In this document: piece by piece, positions 29,912 to 38,957 of the stretch
Layout of the letters: each line of letters starts with the position of its first letter
How positions within the stretch are numbered: position 1 is the first letter of the stretch
Source: Bacteroidales bacterium
Lineage (GTDB): Bacteria > Bacteroidota > Bacteroidia > Bacteroidales > UBA12077
DNA: 54,774 bases
Assembly (NCBI GenBank): GCA_046545815.1
Contig: JBKGZA010000003.1
Location: 1-54,774, forward strand
Direction: 5' to 3'
Position numbers and translations under genes: made by a program
Notes under the pieces: model-generated
Databases searched by the model: none
What the model was told of the DNA's origin: nothing
The model's input: the letters and a program-made list of their open reading frames with translations, nothing else

Positions 29912-31300
29912 TTATATCGTTTTTGAATACCGATTTTTAAAAGATGATTTCATAAGCGGATCGAAGGCCATGGCAATGTTCCTGATCAGGAAGAAGCCCT
30001 TTGAACTGACATTCACCACCTGATCATCATATTCAAGCAATCCTTCAGCAGCGAATTCCCCGAGATTTTTGGTGTCGTATTCCAGTATCCTTTTGAGTTC
30101 ATCACGGGAAATGTCAAATTCCCCGGCGATTGTATCAAAATTAAGATAATGGTTGCACATGATCTCATTAAGTACCTTTCTCCGTATCCTTTCCTCCCGG
30201 TTCAGCCTGTATCCTCTGAAAACAGGTAAAACACCCTTTTCCAGGCTTTGGTTGTAATCCGAAAGTTTTCTCGTATTCTGGCTGTATCCCCGGGAAAGTT
30301 GACTAATGCCGGTAGCTCCGAATGCGTAAACCTGGCCGGTTTTTTCCCTGGTGCAATATCCCTGAAAATTTCTGTGCAATGTTTTGTTTTTAAGTGCAAG
30401 GCTCAGCTCATCGCCGGATTTGGCATAATGATCCATGCCAATTGCCACATAGCCATTATCTGTTAACAGCTGAAAGGATGATCCAAGCATCTTCAGCTTG
30501 GTATCGGCCTGGGGAATATCAAAGGATTCGAGTTGTTTCTGATGCTCCTTGAACCATGGAACATGAGCATATGAAAAGGTTACAATTCGTTCAGGACTGA
30601 TTTCGATCGCCTTTTTAATACTTTTTGTATGATCTTCCAAAGTCTGGTAAGGCAAACCATAAACAAAATCGAAATTCACACTTTCAAATCCCGATTTTTT
30701 AGCTATCCGGTAAAGGTCTTGAATGGGATATTTTGCCGGTTTTCGATTCAGTTTTTTCAGCAAAGCGGTATTAAAATCCTGAATGCCCAGGCTCATCCTG
30801 TTGAAACCCATATTGCCCAGGCGTACAATATGATTGAGCTCCAGATAGGCCGGGCTGCATTCCATGGCAATTTCGGGATCAGCCGAAAGGGTGAACTTCT
30901 GATGAATCAGATTCATAATATCTTCTACATAATCCAAATTCAAAGAATTGGGAGTACCTCCGCCCCAATGGATTTGTGTGACAGGTCTGTTTTTATCAAG
31001 ATTTTCCGCTACAAGTCCGATTTCCTTTTTTACATTTTCAATATACCGTTCTATTTCCGTTTTGCCCGGCATCAAATTGGTGTTGCAGCCACAAAAATGA
31101 CAAATCCGGGGGCAAAAAGGGATGTGTATGTAAAGGGAAATGTTGGAGGGCCAGTCTTTGTTGGACGCGCTGACCATCTGAATATAATCGTTGCGGGTAA
31201 AAGCCTCTGTAAAATAATTGGCCGGGGGATAACTCGTATATCGCGGTCCCGGTTTGTTGTATTTTTTAATAAGCGTTGTGTCTATTTGCATGATATTCAA
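29912..31300 (-). CDS. hemN: oxygen-independent coproporphyrinogen III oxidase
   Basis: GPRYTSYP, HIPFCPRICHFCGC radical-SAM motif, HWGGGTP, HRNFQGY. Confidence 0.95.
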   Translation of the reverse strand: MNIMQIDTTLIKKYNKPGPRYTSYPPANYFTEAFTRNDYIQMVSASNKDWPSNISLYIHIPFCPRICHFCGCNTNLMPGKTEIERYIENVKKEIGLVAENLDKNRPVTQIHWGGGTPNSLNLDYVEDIMNLIHQKFTLSADPEIAMECSPAYLELNHIVRLGNMGFNRMSLGIQDFNTALLKKLNRKPAKYPIQDLYRIAKKSGFESVNFDFVYGLPYQTLEDHTKSIKKAIEISPERIVTFSYAHVPWFKEHQKQLESFDIPQADTKLKMLGSSFQLLTDNGYVAIGMDHYAKSGDELSLALKNKTLHRNFQGYCTREKTGQVYAFGATGISQLSRGYSQNTRKLSDYNQSLEKGVLPVFRGYRLNREERIRRKVLNEIMCNHYLNFDTIAGEFDISRDELKRILEYDTKNLGEFAAEGLLEYDDQVVNVSSKGFFLIRNIAMAFDPLMKSSFKNRYSKTI

Positions 31301-31302
31301 AT

Positions 31303-32061
31303 TTAAACAATTTCTTCTGACAATAAATAAGCGGGTTCCGGAGAAATTTCCGGATCAAAATACAATTTACCGATGCTCAGTGTAACAATAAACCCAATTA
31401 TAGTTTCAACAAGAAAAAGACCGGAATAACCAATCCAGTCCCCGATTCCTCCGCTGATTACCACCACCAGCAAGCTGCTCAGGTGGGTTAATACAATCTG
31501 AATGGTATAGTCGGTGCCCTCTTTCCCTTTACGCACGGTATTCATAGAAATGGTGAATATGGCCACAGAGGCCATACCGTAAGCACTCCAGGTCAGGGCA
31601 ATTCCTGTATAAACCAGTACGATACTGGTATTTCCAAAAGCGATGAAGGTCATAAAGCCGGCAGCCACACAGCCATAAAAGGCAAAAAGCCGCAATCCGT
31701 TCATGTTACCCACCCGTTTTAAAATATAACCTCCCAGAAAAGCACTTCCCGCACCAAATGCCGTTCCGAAAATTCCTGTCATGAAAGCAATTTCTTTTAC
31801 CGTATAACCCATATCCACCAGATAAGGTTTAAGCATAGATAAGATGCCTATGATCCCTGCATAAAAAATCACCAGAAGCACTACCCTCCTGCCAATGCGT
31901 TTCTGATGAAAAAATCCCAAAATATTGGAAAAAGCGATCCTGGACAATGAATACTCCTCCATCCGCATGATCACAGGTAATACGGTGGAGAAGAAGCTCA
32001 TCGGAATGGATTGAGCAAGATAAAGGCTCAGTAATATGCCGTATTTCTGAATTGGCTTCAT
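31303..32061 (-). pseudogene. AmpG/RhtX-like MFS transporter with an apparent in-frame internal deletion
   Basis: First TM (LYLAQSIPMSFFSTVLPVIMR) joins directly to the C-terminal half; 252 aa versus about 400 aa for a 12-TM MFS. Confidence 0.65.
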
Positions 32062-32313
32062 TGACTAACGCTGATTTAAAAGATTTGGGATATTGAGCGT
32101 ACTTGAAATGGTAAGGCCAAAACGTAAAGGTGCACTCTTCTGCGAATAAATATTGTTAAAAGACTCAAACAAGAAGCAATATAACCCATTTTATTGGTAC
32201 ATTATAACACAATATTTTGAAAAGTTAACCATTATTTATTAACTTTCGACAAGGTTAATTTACTGATAATAAAAACTATGAAACAAGTAATCTAAAGCGT
32301 ATTTTAAAAGGAA

Positions 32314-32661
32314 TTATGCTGGCGGGCCTCTCAAGCTGTAGGTACTATTTATATCGGGATTGCCTGTTATAGGGATTTTATAATGTGAATACAGCTTTTT
32401 TACCTTATATAATAATTCAAAATCTCCGTAAAAAAAGCGGGATTCTGCCTCATCTTTCTGACTTTCATCTTTATGAGAATAGAAAAAGGTACTATTGTCA
32501 TCAAAGGTTTGTTTTTCAAGAAGGGTGTCATTAGCCATCTCCTCTCCGCGCTCATCTTCATGTGATGTGGTTAAAACAACGCGGTTAAGCAGCAGCGTAC
32601 CGAAAACACCCAATACCAAGATATAAGGCAAAAGAGACGTTATGATGCCTGTATAGAACAT
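32314..32661 (-). CDS. membrane-anchored small protein ending in RGPP (putative arrest peptide)
   Basis: N-terminal TM helix, acidic spacer, C-terminal SLRGPPA-stop; own TATCTTTG box at 32684-32691. Confidence 0.7.
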   Translation of the reverse strand: MFYTGIITSLLPYILVLGVFGTLLLNRVVLTTSHEDERGEEMANDTLLEKQTFDDNSTFFYSHKDESQKDEAESRFFYGDFELLYKVKKLYSHYKIPITGNPDINSTYSLRGPPA

Positions 32662-32755
32662 ATTTTTTCTTCCAATGAGTTTTCAAAGATAAACATAGTA
32701 AAGCAATCTGAACATAAAAGCTCCAAAATTTATGATTTGTTTAAATAAAAAGGTT

Positions 32756-33061
32756 TCAGCTTTTCTTGTTTCTTTTTTGATTTTCAGGGAACCAGCCCTT
32801 TTCCACCCTTTTTTCCTGTTCCAGTATTTCTCCTATTCCCCATAAAAAAGTAAATCCCAATATTCCCAATGTGGAGGATACAACAAAATTTTCTGTGGTT
32901 AATGACAGCATCATGCACAGGATACCCAATATCAAAAAGCCGATCCAGAATTTTTTGGTAAAATAATATTCAGCCTTAATGGTAAGGTATCTCCCCAGAG
33001 CAATACTCAGAAATGCTCCTGCTCCCACAAGTATTCCAGTTAGGTTCAATGACTCCAACAT
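32756..33061 (-). CDS. DUF4491 family membrane protein
   Basis: IKAEYYF..., EQEKRVEKGWFPEN motifs. Confidence 0.82.
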   Translation of the reverse strand: MLESLNLTGILVGAGAFLSIALGRYLTIKAEYYFTKKFWIGFLILGILCMMLSLTTENFVVSSTLGILGFTFLWGIGEILEQEKRVEKGWFPENQKRNKKS

Positions 33062-33076
33062 CAATCTGAATGTATT

Positions 33077-33388
33077 TTAATTGTGATATCTCCTGTTCGG
33101 GTTTTTCTTTGCCTGGCCTTTCAGCACCCGCTGATGCTGTTTGAAAAGTTCCAGTGTGCTCCAGAAAAGGGCGAATCCCAAAACGCCTAAAATTACAGAA
33201 ACAAAATCATTCTTAAAAAACAGGGAAACACCGGAAAAAATAATACCGGAAAATAAAAATACGGGCCATACTTTCTTGCCAAAATGGTATTCTACCTTGA
33301 TAACTACGGGATGAAAAATCCCTATAATAACAAAGGCCATAAATCCTATTGCAATTCCTTCGAGGTTAAAATTCGACCAATTCAACAT
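33077..33388 (-). CDS. DUF4491 family membrane protein
   Basis: IIGIFHPVVIKVEYHFGKK...FWSTLELFKQHQRV..G...KNP motifs. Confidence 0.85.
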   Translation of the reverse strand: MLNWSNFNLEGIAIGFMAFVIIGIFHPVVIKVEYHFGKKVWPVFLFSGIIFSGVSLFFKNDFVSVILGVLGFALFWSTLELFKQHQRVLKGQAKKNPNRRYHN

Positions 33389-33495
33389 AAGCAACTAAAA
33401 ATCAAGGAATATTAAAGCCTGAATATAAATAAGTGCCCGAATTCCTAATGCCATTGACCTACCAATCAAAAACCCATCATCTCTTTCAACACAAA

Positions 33496-34665
33496 TTACC
33501 GCAGTTCTTTAAATGCCTGCTCCAGTTTATCTGACAAGCGCTGGAAGACTTCTTCCTGTGATCCCATTCCGTCAATGTCATAAATGATGTTCTTGCTTTT
33601 GTAGAAATCGAGGACAGGTCTGGTATGCCTGTCAAATTGTTCTATTCTGTGGATTATGGTATTGATATTTTGGTCATAGGGCCTTTTTTTCTCTGTTTTT
33701 CCCCGTTCCGTAAGCCTTTTGACCGATTCCAGAGTCGGTATGTCCATGTTCAGGACACAGGAAACGGATGAATTCATTTTTCGGAGCAAACCATCCAATA
33801 TGTAAGACTGAATCACAGTCTTTGGAAATCCTTTAAATAAGAACCCTCTTGCATTAGGATTGGTTTTAATCTGTTCCTCTATTACATTAATGGCAAATTC
33901 ATCGGGTACAATATCCCCTCTTTCAATGTAAGATTTTGCTTTCTGTCCCAAGTCGGTTCCTTTTTTCATCTCTTCATATACCCGTGATCCCATGGAGATA
34001 TAGGTGAGATTATACTTCTCGGCAAGTTCTCTGCCATGAGTTTCCTTGCCCGAACCGGGTGGACCGTAAAGCACCACATTCATCCATTCCTGAGTAAGCT
34101 TTTCTTCGATTGTATTAACGATTCTTTCAAAAACTTCATCAATAGCTCCCACACCATCAATTTCAAAATATATGCCTTTCTCCTTGTAAAAATTGGCAAC
34201 AGGGATGGTTTTGGATTTATATTCTTCAAAACGAATTTTTATGGCTTCTTCGGTATCATCGCTTCGGTTCTCCTTCTTGGCCCTTTCCAGCATCCTTTTC
34301 ATCAGTTCATCTTCCGGTACTTCAAGACTGACCATACAAGAAAGTGAAGTATTCAACTTAAGCAATAAGCCCTCGAGGATATAAGCCTGGATGAAAGTCC
34401 TGGGGAAACCGTCAAATAAAAATCCATCTGCCTGGGTATTTTCCTGCATTTTTTTTTCAATAAGCTGAACGATGAGATCGTCAGATACCAATTCCCCCTT
34501 CTCAATGACATTTTTCACCTTATTTCCCAATTCTGTTCCCTGAGCCATTTCTTCCCTTAGAATATCTCCAGTTGAAAGATGGGCCAGATTGTACTTATCC
34601 ATCAGCTTTTTCGCCTGAGTTCCTTTTCCAGCGCCTGGCGGACCAAAAAGTGCAATGTTAAACAT
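33496..34665 (-). CDS. adk: adenylate kinase, tandem two-domain form
   Basis: GPPGAGKGTQ / STGDILR / DGFPRT in domain 1; GPPGSGKETH / SMGSRVY / KGFPKT in domain 2. Confidence 0.9.
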   Translation of the reverse strand: MFNIALFGPPGAGKGTQAKKLMDKYNLAHLSTGDILREEMAQGTELGNKVKNVIEKGELVSDDLIVQLIEKKMQENTQADGFLFDGFPRTFIQAYILEGLLLKLNTSLSCMVSLEVPEDELMKRMLERAKKENRSDDTEEAIKIRFEEYKSKTIPVANFYKEKGIYFEIDGVGAIDEVFERIVNTIEEKLTQEWMNVVLYGPPGSGKETHGRELAEKYNLTYISMGSRVYEEMKKGTDLGQKAKSYIERGDIVPDEFAINVIEEQIKTNPNARGFLFKGFPKTVIQSYILDGLLRKMNSSVSCVLNMDIPTLESVKRLTERGKTEKKRPYDQNINTIIHRIEQFDRHTRPVLDFYKSKNIIYDIDGMGSQEEVFQRLSDKLEQAFKELR

Positions 34666-34706
34666 AAATTATTATCTTTTTATTTTATTAAATGAATTAA
34701 AGAATT

Positions 34707-35051
34707 TTATCTGTTTTTATTGCCGTTACACAAAAAGAAAAGTGCTATTACCGTCAGAAATACGTTTGACGCCGCATTTATTGTTAACCAATTTCCCGTA
34801 AACGTAAATATTTCGTATAAACCTAAAAGAAAAAGAATTAATCCGGATAACACGGTTAAAGTATGCCTTTTTTCAAAAGCCCCCAATAACAGCAGTACTC
34901 CAAAAATGCTAAAAAGCAATGAAAGATAAAAATTAAGCGTATCAAAATCTAAAGTCAGAACCTGATTAAAATACCTGATGTAAATCAAAAAAGCTATACC
35001 TGCCCGTAAAAGGAATGTGCTCAATGGGAGCAGAAAACGTACTGGTCTCAT
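34707..35051 (-). CDS. small 4-TM membrane protein (DoxX-like)
   Basis: Four hydrophobic segments; LLRAGIA motif. Confidence 0.7.
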   Translation of the reverse strand: MRPVRFLLPLSTFLLRAGIAFLIYIRYFNQVLTLDFDTLNFYLSLLFSIFGVLLLLGAFEKRHTLTVLSGLILFLLGLYEIFTFTGNWLTINAASNVFLTVIALFFLCNGNKNR

Positions 35052-35095
35052 GATATTGAATCATTTTGGTGTAAAGATTGCAAAAAAAATGATAA

Positions 35096-35233
35096 ATACC
35101 AATATGTGATCTCCAAAAACCTGAATGTTCTTGGTTATCGGGGGGTTATATAAGCTTTCCGAAAGTTTTCTCTAATGAAACCCGCATCCAGGAACCTTCA
35201 CAATAAGGCAATGGTATAAAGCATGCGGATTCC
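35096..35233. ncRNA. candidate structured RNA (possibly 6S-like)
   Basis: Intergenic long-range pairing TGAATGTTCTTGG/CCAGGAACCTTCA plus inner and outer stems; strand unresolved. Confidence 0.3.
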
Positions 35234-35260
35234 TAGGTAAGACAAGCAAAATACACAAAG

Positions 35261-35374
35261 TAGGCGCTTAAAGTGCAAATTGAACCAACATGTTTTTCAA
35301 ACTTTATCTTAACACTGGTTTCTTAAGCGAAATGCTTTTTTTCAGGCTTGTCCTGAAAAAAAAGTAGTACCTTA
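35261..35374. repeat. palindromic repeat module A (copy 2)
   Basis: Direct repeat of 12241-12352. Confidence 0.85.
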
Positions 35375-35422
35375 CCGGTTAAAGTCTTGCTTTTTTTGGC
35401 AAAACTTGTCCGCTAAGGTACT
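35366..35422. repeat. 57-bp hairpin repeat module B (copy 1), fused to module A
   Basis: AGTACCTTA...TAAGGTACT; similar to the reverse complement of 48524-48580. Confidence 0.8.
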
Positions 35423-35494
35423 TTGTAAACCAATTTAAAATTCAAATTTTTAATAAACTGTTAACCGAATATAACGAGGTAAAATATCAGTTTG

Positions 35495-35600
35495 TTTACA
35501 AATGTAACTAAGCACACTGCAACTTAAATTCCCTTGGTGATAATTTCTGTTTTTAATACAAAAAAGCAATTAACCTTCATGAAATGGTTACATTTGTAAT
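35495..35600. promoter_or_regulatory. two distal palindromic operators (35495-35508, 35587-35600)
   Basis: TTTACAAATGTAAC and GTTACATTTGTAAT. Confidence 0.6.
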
Positions 35601-36023
35601 AATTTATCTTTTAACGTTCGCTTCTCGATCATATACATATGTTACTTATGGTCGCAGGTCAATATAAAAATGCAAACAGTCAAGATTTGCAGGTGTCTTT
35701 TAAGTGAAATAATAATTTTAATTTATAATTAATCAGTATTATACAAATTTTTTTTAAACTAAAACTTCAAATTATATAAGAGATTGCATGGCTATAGACC
35801 CGAAAACAAGCAATTTATTATATTAATGGTTTATTTGTCAGTTATCTGTCAAAATAGCTTAATGTAAAAGTTTAAGATTCTAAGTCTTTGTTTAATTCTT
35901 CACTATTTTTATAATCCCTGGAATATCAAAGCATTTCACATATGGGCTCACAGTTCTTTTTTGCGGAGTATAATAATTTGTCTGTTAAACCTTTATGAAT
36001 GCAAAAAATGCGGTTCAAGCTAA

Positions 36024-36094
36024 GTTACATTTGTAATTATTTTTCGTTTACAAATGTATTTTTTGTTGTCAGCTTTAATTGTTACATTTGTAAC
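36024..36094. promoter_or_regulatory. three proximal palindromic operators overlapping the XRE gene promoter
   Basis: GTTACATTTGTAAT (36024), TTTACAAATGTATT (36047), GTTACATTTGTAAC (36081); the last contains a TACATTTG -7 box. Confidence 0.7.
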
Positions 36095-36105
36095 AAAAAG
36101 GATCA

Positions 36106-36525
36106 ATGAAAGAACGTCTCATAGAATTTCTTAAAGCACACAATATGACTTCTACCCGGCTTGCTGATGAAATCGGTGTGCAAAGGTCAAGTATTTCCCA
36201 TATCATATCCGGACGAAACAACCCCAGTTATGACTTTATTCACAAATTCCTGAAATATTACAGCGAGATCAATCCCAAATGGCTGATACTCGGAGAAGGC
36301 TCCATGTATGTTAAAGAAAAGCAAACTTCAATGGCTTTTGAGCAACAAGCTGAACAACCGGCTTCACAGGAGACTGCCACAGAAAAAGAGACAAAAGATG
36401 AGGTACACAGAAAAAAATTTCAACCAGACGCGGAAAGAACCATTCAAAGTACTCATATAGAAAAAATTGTCATATTTTATTCGGACAACCGCTTTGAAGA
36501 ATATGTTCCCAGAGAAAAAAAATAA
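36106..36525 (+). CDS. XRE-family helix-turn-helix transcriptional regulator
   Basis: LADEIGVQRSSISHIISGRNNPS HTH, INPKWLILGEGSM, C-terminal IEKIVIFYSD..FEEY. Confidence 0.9.
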   Translation: MKERLIEFLKAHNMTSTRLADEIGVQRSSISHIISGRNNPSYDFIHKFLKYYSEINPKWLILGEGSMYVKEKQTSMAFEQQAEQPASQETATEKETKDEVHRKKFQPDAERTIQSTHIEKIVIFYSDNRFEEYVPREKK

Positions 36526-36552
36526 CACAACTTGTATATCTTTGCATTAAAA

Positions 36553-37587
36553 ATGTACAGACAATTTATCCGCCCACTTTTGTTTAAACTGAGGCCTGAA
36601 ACTGTCCATCATATCATTATTCACTTCCTTAAATTTTTCTTTCGCATTCCTTTTGTTTCCTGTGTTACTTCACGAATTTATGAGATCAGGGATTCCCGGC
36701 TTGAAAGAGAATTTCTGGGAATGGCCCTTAAAAATCCTGTGGGCATGGCTGCAGGATTTGATAAAAACGCTGAAGCTTTTAACGAATTCAGCCACTTTGG
36801 ATTTTCTTTCATTGAGATTGGAACGGTTACCCCAAAAGCGCAACCAGGTAATCCAAAGCCACGGTCTTTCCGCCTTCCCAGGGATCTTTCCCTGATTAAC
36901 CGTATGGGATTCAATAATAAAGGTGTAGATGAAGCAGTCAAACGACTCAAAAGAAAAAATCCGCGGATTGTGATTGGAGGAAATATAGGTAAAAATACAG
37001 CGACTCCCAACGATAAGGCTTTGGAGGATTATGTCACTGTATTTAATAAGATATATAACCATGTGGACTATTTGGTAATCAATCTGAGCTGCCCCAACAT
37101 TAAAAACATGACTGAACTTCAGGACAAGGAGCAAACGATGAGGATATTGAATGAGCTCACCCGCCTGAGAAGCAGCCGGAATAACGAAAAACCCCTCCTC
37201 CTGAAAATATCTCCCGATCTGAATAATCAACAGCTTGACGATGTGGTGGACCTGTTTTACAGTACCGGTATTGATGGCGTGGTTGCCACCAATACCAGCA
37301 TACAGCGTGAAAATTTATCAACAGATCCTGAACTGGTAAAACAGATCGGTGAAGGCGGATTAAGCGGAAAGCCGCTCAGCAACAGATCTACAGAAGTTAT
37401 CCGCTACCTGGCTGAGAAGAGTAAAGGCCAAATGCCTATCATTGGCGTGGGCGGAATCATGACCACACAGGATGCACTGGAAAAATTATCGGCCGGCGCC
37501 ACATTGGTTCAGATCTATACGGGTTTCATCTATAATGGGCCGGGTTTTGTCAAAAAAATTAACCGGGAATTAATAAGAAATACCTGA
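36553..37587 (+). CDS. pyrD: quinone-dependent dihydroorotate dehydrogenase
   Basis: AAGFDKN, NRMGFNN, NLSCPN, KISPDL, GGLSGKP motifs; TATCTTTG box at 36537-36544. Confidence 0.96.
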   Translation: MYRQFIRPLLFKLRPETVHHIIIHFLKFFFRIPFVSCVTSRIYEIRDSRLEREFLGMALKNPVGMAAGFDKNAEAFNEFSHFGFSFIEIGTVTPKAQPGNPKPRSFRLPRDLSLINRMGFNNKGVDEAVKRLKRKNPRIVIGGNIGKNTATPNDKALEDYVTVFNKIYNHVDYLVINLSCPNIKNMTELQDKEQTMRILNELTRLRSSRNNEKPLLLKISPDLNNQQLDDVVDLFYSTGIDGVVATNTSIQRENLSTDPELVKQIGEGGLSGKPLSNRSTEVIRYLAEKSKGQMPIIGVGGIMTTQDALEKLSAGATLVQIYTGFIYNGPGFVKKINRELIRNT

Positions 37588-37778
37588 AAAACAAAATCTG
37601 TAATCATTTAAAAAAGCTGAAATGCTTTCCCTTTTTGTCCTTTTACCAATTTTCAAATTTTAAACGGATAAATCCTTATGACGTTTGTAATTTGTGAGTT
37701 GCACCTAAGCCATAAATGGTTTAGATTGGGAATGCAACCAATTTGGCATCTTTAATGAACTTAGCTGCAGTTTCTATG

Positions 37779-38957
37779 CTATTTAACAAGTTCCTGTTTT
37801 CGTGTTTTAATAAAGTGATTTAAAAACAGTAAACTACCGGCAAAGCTCATAACACTTGCAAGAAAAATTGAATAAGCGTATGTTCCTAAAGCATCAAACA
37901 GAGCACCTCCGATGGACGGGCCTGCTATGCCTGCTATTGCATACCCCAAAAATACATATGGGTAAATAATGCCAAGATTCCTTACTCCAAATACTTGAGC
38001 TGTTTCTTTAGCAAAAAGCACAAAATTGCCCCCAAAACCAAAACCTATAAAAAATGCAAGAACTAAATATGAAATCCCGGATAAAGGAAAAATATTCAAC
38101 GATATAATAGCGATGGATTGGAAAAATAGTGCCCCAAATATACTTAAACTTGCACCAATGTAGTCGCTCAAGAAACCCCAAATAAGCCTGCCCAAAAAAT
38201 TTGCAACAGCAAATATTGAAACTCCAAGAATCAAATAATGGGTTGAGATGTTGCCTTGTTCTCCGATAATTTTCAGACTTCCAATTATCAACAAACCTGC
38301 AAAAGTCCCCAGAAATATTCCAAAAAATAATTTTTTCAAAATTTTAGAGCCGAGAAAGTTGGTTATTTTGACAGATTCTTCATTATTACTTTTTAAGGTG
38401 TTTTGATCCTGGTAAATTAAATTTGAAAAAGTAACTATAATCAAACCATATGATATTCCTATAATGCTAAGTAATTGTAATACATCTTTACCATCAGACA
38501 AGATTTTTTCAGATACTTCCGACATAAATACTGCGCCTAATCCAAAACCCGCGGCTGAAATGCCTGTAATCAGCCCCTTTCTCTCCGGAAAGAGCTGAAC
38601 GGGCGATGTAAGTGCAACCCAATAACCGAAACCTGTTGCCATTCCTACTAAAACTCCAATCCCTAACAAAATTATAATGAAATTACCGAGAGAATAGCTC
38701 GCTATAAAATAACCTGCAAAAAATAATAACCCTGAGATATAACCGATATACCTGAACTTGATTTTTTCACCTAACTGCCCAACAAAAATCATTGTAACAG
38801 GGAAAATGGCTATTAGAGTTCCAAATATTACCTGAGACTGAGAAGCCAAAAAATTGTATTTATCAATCAGCTCGGATGCAATTATACTCCACGCATACAA
38901 ACTGCCTATACAAAGCATTATTATAAATGAAGCGAATACAGTTAAATATTTTTTCAT
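37779..38957 (-). CDS. MFS transporter (OFA/oxalate:formate antiporter-like)
   Basis: GSLYAWS, FPERKGLITG...GFGLG, GRLIWGFLSD motifs; about 12 TMs; likely start ATG 38957. Confidence 0.88.
   Translation of the reverse strand: MKKYLTVFASFIIMLCIGSLYAWSIIASELIDKYNFLASQSQVIFGTLIAIFPVTMIFVGQLGEKIKFRYIGYISGLLFFAGYFIASYSLGNFIIILLGIGVLVGMATGFGYWVALTSPVQLFPERKGLITGISAAGFGLGAVFMSEVSEKILSDGKDVLQLLSIIGISYGLIIVTFSNLIYQDQNTLKSNNEESVKITNFLGSKILKKLFFGIFLGTFAGLLIIGSLKIIGEQGNISTHYLILGVSIFAVANFLGRLIWGFLSDYIGASLSIFGALFFQSIAIISLNIFPLSGISYLVLAFFIGFGFGGNFVLFAKETAQVFGVRNLGIIYPYVFLGYAIAGIAGPSIGGALFDALGTYAYSIFLASVMSFAGSLLFLNHFIKTRKQELVK

Noticed and set aside
32262-32280. Possible Fur box upstream of the MFS/hem genes
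   Set aside because: Only about 12/19 match in AT-rich DNA
35430-36100. AT-rich gene-free tract as oriC
   Set aside because: I found no TTATCCACA-type DnaA box cluster; the repeats are better explained as operators
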